This document shows, in pieces, positions 56,319 through 64,000 of a stretch of DNA of 64,000 bases. The stretch's first letter is position 1, and each line of letters opens with the position of its first letter. Both the position numbers and the translations under genes were made by a program. This stretch comes from an uncultured virus (IMG/VR IMGVR_UViG_3300044639_000880) (taxonomy: Duplodnaviria; Heunggongvirae; Uroviricota; Caudoviricetes): IMG/VR virus record IMGVR_UViG_3300044639_000880, positions 1 through 64,000 of that record. One strand, given 5' to 3'. Below the pieces are notes generated by a model that saw only the letters and a program-made list of their open reading frames with translations, was not told the origin of the DNA and did not search any database.

Positions 56319-59123
56319 ATGGCAACATATCTTCAAGGCGTAACCGACTATATACCTCAAATTCAACCTTTTCAACCGGATCTTAATTTTTACAGCAATG
56401 TAATGCAGGCCAAGCAAGGTAAGTATGATGATGCTAAAAATAAGATAAATGACTTATATGGTAGTTTGCTATATGCAGACATGAGTAATCCTGAAAACAT
56501 CAAAAGAAGAGATAACTATTTTAAAGTTATAGATCAAGATATTAAAAAAATATCTGGATTAGATTTATCCTTACAACAAAATGTAGATCAAGCATTTAAT
56601 GTATTTAAAGGTTTCCATGATGACAAGTACATGCCTACTGATATGGCTTGGACTAGAAAATATAAAGCAGCTGTTAATAAACATGAGATGTTAAAAAACT
56701 GCACTGATCCAAAGAAGTGTGGTGATATGGTAGCTTGGAATGAAGGATTACAAGAATTAGAATATAAAAGAGAAGCTTTTGCTAAAGCTGGTTTAGAGGA
56801 AACTTTAAACATGGAAGCACCTAGTTATACCGGATACTTTAACTGGAAGCCTGGAGCAATGAAGTTTGCTAAGGACCAAGGTATGAGTATTACCAAAGAT
56901 AGCAGTACAGGTAAGTTTATAGTAAGAAACAAAAATGGTGAACTTATAAAAAATGGTATGGAAACTCTTCTTACTACTGTGTATGGTGATGATCCTAGAA
57001 TATCAGCTAATAACTATACTAAAGCTTTTGTAAATAGAAAAAATACTATTAAGTCTACTGCTGCTATGTATGGCAGTGAAGAAGAAGCTGAAAAAATGTA
57101 TATCCAGAACACCATGCATACTGGTATTAAAACATTATCTAGTAAAATAACAGATCTAAATAATGGCTTTGAGCAGTTGGATGCTATACAGAAAAAGCTA
57201 GAGAAGCAAAAAAAGATTTCTAGTTTAACTAATGCTGAAGAAAGATACTATCAAGAAATAGTACAGCAAAAAGCAAATGTAGAAAAAACTAAGAACTATT
57301 ATGACTCACAAATAAGTGAGATTCAGAATAACATGACGGATGCAGATTTAGCAACTCTTAATAGAAAAGCTGATATTGCACAAGCTTCTGTATACTTAGA
57401 TAATGATATCAAAAATATGGCTGAAGTTTTATCACATACAGATGAAGAGATTAATACTATCCAAAAAGTAGATCCTGACTATGAACATAAATTAGCTAAA
57501 AATCTAGCTAAGTATGAGAATGACTTGGGTATGATCAGAGATGCTGTACAAAGTGAGCTTAAAAAAGATGAGCTTTATTATGGTTCTTTTTTCAAAGACA
57601 GAAAAAAGGGTAAAGATAAAACAACAGACTTTGGAAATGAAGATATTATACCAGTAGAAGCTGTACCAGGTGGTAATAAAAACTTTAATGCAATAGACCA
57701 ACCAGAAGAGTTTTTTACAAAATCAGCAGCTGATTTATATTCAAAAGCTAAATCAGCAGGATCAGAAGAAAGTATACAAGTATTGTGGGATGTATTTAAT
57801 AACGCAAAAGAAGCTGCTGCTACAAAAGAGGGTGTAGGAGCAAAAAAATATCTTCAAAAGTTTTATGGTAATAAGTGGCAGAATACAATGTTTATGAACA
57901 TTACCGGTTTTAAAGCATTACTAGAAGAAAATAAAAGAAGTTCTTTTAATATGATGCATGATACTGATGATTATATTAAGGATAAGACTAATGATGTTAG
58001 AGGTTGGGGCGATGTAGCTAAAACAAAATATAATGCTGATATGGCTAAAGCTGATTTAAAAAAGTTTTCAGCTAACAGTGAAATAGACTATTTTCAAAGT
58101 GGTGTAAAGAGTGTACTTAACAATATGAGTGCTACAAAAGAGTACAAGTATGCTAAGTATCTTCCTAACAAATACGGTCAGATTAATCTTACAGATGACA
58201 TACCTCAAGAGTTTACTAAAGCTTATCTTAATGATAACAACGATGCTGATGTTGATGATGTTTTAGATGCGTATGGAGCAACAAAGAAAGAGTTCTATAG
58301 ACAATATGTATTAGCTGATAAAACTAGTATTGAACAAGGTAAAGGTTTAACTGGTTTAGGTATGAAAGGTGGTAAAGGTATAACAAAGACAGTTAATAGT
58401 AATGATCCTGAAGATGAGTTTAACAATGCTTTAATAAGTACTACTAATCAAGGTTTTGGAAATCCTGGTGCTGTTAAAATTATTATTGGTAATGCTGGTA
58501 AAGATAACTATGATATTAATAAAGAAAGTGATCCTAATGCTTCTGGTTTTATAGCAGACTTTGCATTAAAGATTAGAAGCAGAAGTACCCCTGATAAAAA
58601 GAAACCTTTATATAGAATGCTTGCTCAGGGTATAGCTGCTGATGATGATGTTAAAAGTTCTTTTACAATATACCCTACCAAAGAAGATGTAGATGAATAT
58701 TTTGGTGATTCTAAAGAAGTTAAAGAAAGTGGTGTAAAAGAAAGGATCATGAGTGAAGGTATTAGTTATGTTTATGACAATACAAAGATTGCTTCACCTA
58801 TAAGTGAGTTTTTAAATGTATCTCCTATAGAGAAACAACTTTTAAGCAAAGGCTCTTATAGAATAAGTGAGTTTGTAGAAACAGCTGGTACAGTTAAATT
58901 ATCTTATGATGGTAAAATAACAACTGTAACCTCTTTATATAAACTATTTGATAATTCAGAGCAAGGTTATTCACTAAAGGAGAAGATATATGTTGTTCCT
59001 AATATTAAAAAAGTTCAAGAAGTTGTTGATCAACAAATAATTGTATTAGAAGATTTACAACAATATAACCTTAATAGACAACAAGAGATCCGATTAGCTA
59101 ACAAATCTAAAACACAAAACTAA
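56319..59123 (+). CDS. Large putative virion cargo/ejection protein
   Basis: MATYLQGVTDYIPQIQPFQPD N-terminus, extensive coiled coil; precedes the giant ORF. Confidence 0.7.
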   Translation: MATYLQGVTDYIPQIQPFQPDLNFYSNVMQAKQGKYDDAKNKINDLYGSLLYADMSNPENIKRRDNYFKVIDQDIKKISGLDLSLQQNVDQAFNVFKGFHDDKYMPTDMAWTRKYKAAVNKHEMLKNCTDPKKCGDMVAWNEGLQELEYKREAFAKAGLEETLNMEAPSYTGYFNWKPGAMKFAKDQGMSITKDSSTGKFIVRNKNGELIKNGMETLLTTVYGDDPRISANNYTKAFVNRKNTIKSTAAMYGSEEEAEKMYIQNTMHTGIKTLSSKITDLNNGFEQLDAIQKKLEKQKKISSLTNAEERYYQEIVQQKANVEKTKNYYDSQISEIQNNMTDADLATLNRKADIAQASVYLDNDIKNMAEVLSHTDEEINTIQKVDPDYEHKLAKNLAKYENDLGMIRDAVQSELKKDELYYGSFFKDRKKGKDKTTDFGNEDIIPVEAVPGGNKNFNAIDQPEEFFTKSAADLYSKAKSAGSEESIQVLWDVFNNAKEAAATKEGVGAKKYLQKFYGNKWQNTMFMNITGFKALLEENKRSSFNMMHDTDDYIKDKTNDVRGWGDVAKTKYNADMAKADLKKFSANSEIDYFQSGVKSVLNNMSATKEYKYAKYLPNKYGQINLTDDIPQEFTKAYLNDNNDADVDDVLDAYGATKKEFYRQYVLADKTSIEQGKGLTGLGMKGGKGITKTVNSNDPEDEFNNALISTTNQGFGNPGAVKIIIGNAGKDNYDINKESDPNASGFIADFALKIRSRSTPDKKKPLYRMLAQGIAADDDVKSSFTIYPTKEDVDEYFGDSKEVKESGVKERIMSEGISYVYDNTKIASPISEFLNVSPIEKQLLSKGSYRISEFVETAGTVKLSYDGKITTVTSLYKLFDNSEQGYSLKEKIYVVPNIKKVQEVVDQQIIVLEDLQQYNLNRQQEIRLANKSKTQN

Positions 59124-62100
59124 TGGCTGAAGAACTTTCTAACCAAGAACAAGATGCAGCTAGTTCAGAAGAATATAAAGTATCGGTTAAACCTCCTGAT
59201 TATCAAGCTCTTACAGAAAATGCTAAAAACATAGTAGCTGATATAAAAGCCGGTATGAATTTACCAGCAAGACCTACAGCTATTGATACTTATAGTAATG
59301 TAGCAGGTAATCCTATAACAGGAAGTAATCCTGGTAGTAAAAAGGCAACATCAGGTTTAGATTATATAAATGCTTTACATAGTACTGTTCAAGCTAAAGC
59401 TGCTGAATCTATAAGTCCTTTTGCAGAACTTAGACCATATACCTATAGTGGTGATATGGATGCTAGTAAGTTTGAAAGATATTATGCAACCGGTGACTTG
59501 TATAACAAGTTAGGTTTTTCTCCGTATAGAGATAATGAATCTTTATACAACAACAACATGACCTTTGGTGATCAGTTTACAAGAGCTGCTAAACAATGGG
59601 ATAATCTAGTTGGTGTTGGTTTTATGTCAGGATTAAGATCTTGGAAGACAATGTTTACTGATCCATTAGCTCCAGATATTGAAGGAGCTAGAGATATGGA
59701 AAGATATACTTCTATAGGATCTTCTTCTGCAGGTGGACTAGGTGGATTTTTTACAAATACATTTTTAAACTCTGCATACACGGTTGGTGTTGGTGCAAAC
59801 TTATTAGCTGAGAATCTAGCATTAATGGGTGTGGGTACTGCAGTAAAAGGTGTAACTACAGCACTTAGAGCTCCGGCAATGCTTGAAAAAGCTATGGGTG
59901 CTTTTAAAAGTGCTGATGTTGTAGCAGACTTTACAAAGATAAACCCAATGGATGGTGTTCGTGCTTTAGGAGAAACTATTCCTGAAGCAAGATCTTTTTG
60001 GAACACTATAGGCAAAGGTGCTAAGAAAGTTGGTGTTGGTGCTTTAGATATTATCAATCCTTTAGATAATACAATAGATGCTTTAAGAGCTAAAGATTAT
60101 GCAACTAACTATGCTAAAGTAGCCGGAACATTTGGTGCTTTTGCTGATGATATGTTGATGATGAAAGCTGCTGTATCTGAAGCTAAGCTAGAAGGTGGTA
60201 TGTCTAAGATCAATATAACTAAAGATCTTATCGAAGACTACAGACAAAGAAATGGTAGAGATCCAGAAGGAGTAGACTTAACAAACATAGAAAAGATAGC
60301 TGATGAGAAAGCACATACAGTTGCTTTCTGGAACATGCCGGCCATCATGACTAGTAACAAGTTATTATATGCTACAATGTTAGCACCACTGCGTAAAGTG
60401 ATGGGTAAGCAAGTAGCTGGTACAGTAGATGATTATATATTAAAAGATAAAACCTATTCTGTTTTAGGAGAAGATTTTATATCAAGAGCAGGAGCTGCTG
60501 TTAAATCATTAGGTAAACCAAATACTTATGGTAAGTTTGGTATGAATTATTTGACAGCAAACTTTGCAGAAGGTATTCAAGAAAATATACAAGAAGCTTT
60601 ATCAGAGGGAGCATCTCAACATGCTTTAGAGTTATTTAGAGATCCTATCAAAGCTAACTATGAAGGTTATATGCCTTACTTCTTAAAAGGTATAAAGAGT
60701 CAATTCTCTGCTCAAGGTGCTGAAACATTTGCAGGAGGTTTCTTAATGGGAGCTTTTGCACAACCTATTATGGCAGCACCTTCTATAGGTATAAGCAAAA
60801 TAATAGAAGCTGCTACAACTGATTCTGTTAGAGCTAAAGAACTAGAAGAAGAAAGAGCTAAACATAAAGCAGAAACTGCAGAAACTCTTACTGAGTTTTA
60901 TAATAATACTTTAAACTATTTAGCGCCTGACTTACCTAATGCTGTAAGAACAGGAAGACTTTCTGATGATATGTTTAGTGCTGCTAGAGTTGGAGACAAA
61001 TTAGGAACCATATCTGCACAAGAAGCAATTAAGAATCATCATATTATTACAGCCGCCAGAACTGGTAAGCTTGATGTTATGATTGATAGAGCTAAGGATT
61101 ATAAAAATCTTACCAAAGAAGAAGCTGTTGAGGCTTTTGGTAAGTATGGTGTAGAAGCTCAGGATGTTGATAAAGCTATGGCTCACATAGATGGTATAGT
61201 AGAAAGAGCAAAAGAAATAAAAGATGATTTTGAAGATGTAGCAAATAGATATCCTAATCCTTTTAATCCTAGTAATTTTAGAATAGGTAGTCCTGAGTTT
61301 ATAGCAGCAGCTGTTGCTAAAACTTCTTGGGATGAAGCTGCCCATAATCTTATATTTGCAAAGGCTACATTCAAGTCACACAGTAAGCGTATAGCTGATA
61401 TAGCTAATACTTTCTCAAAACTATCAAGCGCTTTAGCTAAGGGAGACGTAAACCTTCTTACTTCAATGCTAAGCTCAACAACAATGACCAATGAGATCAA
61501 TATGTTGAGAAAAGAGATTGCTACTCTAGATGATAGTTTACCTGAACAATCTAAGATAAAAAAACAAAAGTTAAAACATCTAGAAGGTATACAAGCTTTC
61601 TACAAAGCAATAGAGAACTATCAGTATGCTAAAACAGATGCTGAGAAAGCTATGGTAGAAAAAAGAGCTAAAGATGCTTTTGCAAAACATCTTAAAAACA
61701 TAGCTGATAAAAATGATGTACCTGTATTTGATGAAGAATTAGATGCAGCTTTCTCTTTAATAAGAGATCATATGTTATTAAAAGATCAGCAAACTGGATT
61801 GGTTAAGAACATTAATGTGTTAATGACACCTGATAGCTTTTTCCAATTCCAAAAAAGATTATACTCTACATACGCAGAGGGTGTGTACAACATACCGGAT
61901 ACTATAGGTCACAATCTTGACAGACATACTTTTACTAAAGATCTTAATGATATTATAAATGATATAAGAGGTTTAGGTTTTAATATACCACAAGATGTTA
62001 TTGCATCTTACTCTGATGCTTACTTTGCAGGAGAAGAGTTATTACCTTTGGTTTTCTTATTAGATAGTAATGGTGTTAAGATAACATCTGGTCCAGCTTT

Positions 62101-64000
62101 TGAAAAAGCTAATGGTATATGGAATACTTTTATAGAGCTTACTTCTAAAAAACGTAAGACTATAGAAGCTATGGAATATGATCAAGATAACTTCTTGACT
62201 TACCCTGAAGAGCTTAAGCAGATACTTACAGATGAATACAATGATCTTTCTGATGAAATAAAAGCTGCACAAAATCTAGAAGACTGGGCTACTGGCGATG
62301 CTAATATTGGTATAAGAAAATTATTCTTTGAAGGCAGAGCTGCTGAAACACAAGGTATAGAAGAAAGATATAAGTCTATGACTATACCAGAACTTACAAC
62401 AGCTTTAGAAGAACTTGCAGAACAAGCAAAAACTGATCCTAAGTTAGATGCTAAAGTAACTGTTTTACAAGACTACATAGCCTACCGTGCAGTAGAAGCT
62501 GTTGATATGCCTGAGAAACAAAAGCAAGCATTGAGAAATATGAAAGCTCAAGCTGCTAATACTCAGAACAGAGATAAGGATAATGAAAAGTATATTCTTA
62601 ATGGTAAAAAACTAGATACCAGGGTAACAACAGTAGTACAAGAAATACTTGCTAAAAAATATGGTCTTAGTCCTTTTAATTTTCCTAACACCGGTTATGG
62701 TAAAGAAATTCTTAAGGATCAGAAAGACATGCTTGAGCAACTTATTGAAGAGAAACAAGATAAAAATATCATAGTTAATATATGGGCTGACACTGTAAGT
62801 AATACAAGAGCTTATAAAGATAGATGGGATGATAGTAAAACTGCTTTATTAAAAGAGACACTCAAAGAAAAGTTTACATATGAGGACTTTGAAAAAGCTG
62901 TATCTTCTTTAGCATATCAAGAATCTAAAACTGGTGGAAACACTGTGGATGAGATAGCTAGAAACTTCTTAACAGGAACTCCTATATCTAAGCCAGGTAA
63001 TATGACTCAAGAGGCTTTCAATAAGCTAAGAGGTATATTAAAAGATTTAATGAATACTATCAGAGAAAGAGGAGAAATCATCTTAGCTAAAGATCTTTTT
63101 CTTAAAGGTGAAGTTATCATTGATGGTGTAAAACAAACTATTGGTGGTGAGATGGACATGCTAGTTATAGACAAAGATGGTAATCTTAAAATCTATGACT
63201 TTAAAACCGGTAGAAACTATAAGTGGGAGATGTATGGTACAGAAGCTGATGAAAAAGGCACTGATACTAAAGACCCAACCTTATACAAAAAAGGATATGG
63301 TTTACAGCTCTCTTTATATAAAAGACTTATAGAAGAACAAACTGGTCTAACAGTTGATTCTAATAAACTTACCATTGTACCTTTCATTATAAATGTGAGC
63401 AATAATGGTATGATCAATGACATTGAGCTCAGCAATGAAGATAAGAATATTATACACGAGTATAATCCTGTAGTAGAGGAATACATACCCGTAACTAAAA
63501 CTGCAGCATACAGTCCTCAACCTTTTGTTCAAGCTATAGAAGTACTTAGTGATAAGAGTAAAACAGATCCAGAATTTGAAACAATAGGTAAGTACAGCAT
63601 ATCAAAACCTAGTATTGATAAAGATGGTAAAGAAATAGTAACTGTAGAAAGTACAACACGCCCAGGTAAGGGCATGACCTATATTGTAAACACAGATGAG
63701 AATGGTTCTGTAATATCTCTTACTCCTAAGAACAATCCTAAGCAACATATAGTTAATGAAAAACTACTAGTAGCTGTTGAGATAAAAAGAAATAAGTATG
63801 AGTACAACTCACCTACAATAAACAATATAGCAAAAGATGAAGAGAAATATAACAAAGTTAAAGAGCTTCTTCCTGCTGTAACCGTATTAGAAAATACTTT
63901 AAACCTTGGTCTTGATAACAGTATAACAAGTGCTTTAAATAATCTATATGCTAACAAGCCTTTAGATAGAGCTTCTTTAATAGCTATACAACTTTGGGCA
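59123..64000 (+). CDS. Giant putative virion-ejected protein (3' truncated) with TM-like segments and a PD-(D/E)xK domain
   Basis: Starts MAEELSNQEQ (TAATG coupling); open to the window end (>1600 codons); Gly/Ala hydrophobic stretches at ~59.7-59.9 and ~60.7 kb; GEMDML...IYDFKTG...YGLQLSLY at ~63.1-63.3 kb. Confidence 0.8.
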   Translation, partial: MAEELSNQEQDAASSEEYKVSVKPPDYQALTENAKNIVADIKAGMNLPARPTAIDTYSNVAGNPITGSNPGSKKATSGLDYINALHSTVQAKAAESISPFAELRPYTYSGDMDASKFERYYATGDLYNKLGFSPYRDNESLYNNNMTFGDQFTRAAKQWDNLVGVGFMSGLRSWKTMFTDPLAPDIEGARDMERYTSIGSSSAGGLGGFFTNTFLNSAYTVGVGANLLAENLALMGVGTAVKGVTTALRAPAMLEKAMGAFKSADVVADFTKINPMDGVRALGETIPEARSFWNTIGKGAKKVGVGALDIINPLDNTIDALRAKDYATNYAKVAGTFGAFADDMLMMKAAVSEAKLEGGMSKINITKDLIEDYRQRNGRDPEGVDLTNIEKIADEKAHTVAFWNMPAIMTSNKLLYATMLAPLRKVMGKQVAGTVDDYILKDKTYSVLGEDFISRAGAAVKSLGKPNTYGKFGMNYLTANFAEGIQENIQEALSEGASQHALELFRDPIKANYEGYMPYFLKGIKSQFSAQGAETFAGGFLMGAFAQPIMAAPSIGISKIIEAATTDSVRAKELEEERAKHKAETAETLTEFYNNTLNYLAPDLPNAVRTGRLSDDMFSAARVGDKLGTISAQEAIKNHHIITAARTGKLDVMIDRAKDYKNLTKEEAVEAFGKYGVEAQDVDKAMAHIDGIVERAKEIKDDFEDVANRYPNPFNPSNFRIGSPEFIAAAVAKTSWDEAAHNLIFAKATFKSHSKRIADIANTFSKLSSALAKGDVNLLTSMLSSTTMTNEINMLRKEIATLDDSLPEQSKIKKQKLKHLEGIQAFYKAIENYQYAKTDAEKAMVEKRAKDAFAKHLKNIADKNDVPVFDEELDAAFSLIRDHMLLKDQQTGLVKNINVLMTPDSFFQFQKRLYSTYAEGVYNIPDTIGHNLDRHTFTKDLNDIINDIRGLGFNIPQDVIASYSDAYFAGEELLPLVFLLDSNGVKITSGPAFEKANGIWNTFIELTSKKRKTIEAMEYDQDNFLTYPEELKQILTDEYNDLSDEIKAAQNLEDWATGDANIGIRKLFFEGRAAETQGIEERYKSMTIPELTTALEELAEQAKTDPKLDAKVTVLQDYIAYRAVEAVDMPEKQKQALRNMKAQAANTQNRDKDNEKYILNGKKLDTRVTTVVQEILAKKYGLSPFNFPNTGYGKEILKDQKDMLEQLIEEKQDKNIIVNIWADTVSNTRAYKDRWDDSKTALLKETLKEKFTYEDFEKAVSSLAYQESKTGGNTVDEIARNFLTGTPISKPGNMTQEAFNKLRGILKDLMNTIRERGEIILAKDLFLKGEVIIDGVKQTIGGEMDMLVIDKDGNLKIYDFKTGRNYKWEMYGTEADEKGTDTKDPTLYKKGYGLQLSLYKRLIEEQTGLTVDSNKLTIVPFIINVSNNGMINDIELSNEDKNIIHEYNPVVEEYIPVTKTAAYSPQPFVQAIEVLSDKSKTDPEFETIGKYSISKPSIDKDGKEIVTVESTTRPGKGMTYIVNTDENGSVISLTPKNNPKQHIVNEKLLVAVEIKRNKYEYNSPTINNIAKDEEKYNKVKELLPAVTVLENTLNLGLDNSITSALNNLYANKPLDRASLIAIQLWA

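Noticed and set aside
3290..63957. Numerous minus-strand and alternate-frame ORFs in the track
   Set aside because: They lie within long, coherent plus-strand genes and have composition typical of antisense shadows
1..64000. Stop-codon reassignment (known in some crAss-like phages)
   Set aside because: Long genes are intact in code 11, and TAG, TGA and TAA all end genes at sensible boundaries
59123..64000. Calling the last ORF the virion RNA polymerase
   Set aside because: No DxDxD catalytic motif was found in the visible part; the RNAP may lie beyond the window

Overview
This is a 64-kb, AT-rich segment of a crAss-like (Crassvirales-type) podophage genome in the standard genetic code. The host is most likely Bacteroidota, judged from TAnnTTTG promoters, A-rich leaders without Shine-Dalgarno sites, and D-S/T-hydrophobic glycosylation sequons. 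After a strand switch at about 0.3-0.6 kb everything runs on +. In order: GroES; fibre-like proteins; lysis cassette; DNA-binding proteins and a PD-(D/E)xK nuclease; terminase, portal, scaffold-like protein and major capsid protein; an array of about 13 small Lys-rich genes; ring/auxiliary-capsid/hub-like genes; an 8.5-kb Cys-rich structural block; IHF-like, ring and muzzle genes; then large putative ejected cargo proteins, the last running off the window. Family calls rest on motifs and recalled crAss-like synteny, not database searches. Two candidate undescribed systems stand out. (1) A tag-delimited cassette system: mini-genes with constant KAQxG...KKxGG ends and variable cores, with the same motifs punctuating three large modular proteins between enzyme-like domains, suggesting packaging and/or proteolytic processing signals. 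(2) A conserved AAACCAAC leader just upstream of six genes (several are apparent assembly factors), plus an intergenic hairpin at 36.9 kb whose loop and arm are antisense to that leader and the start codon, suggesting a trans-acting phage sRNA.
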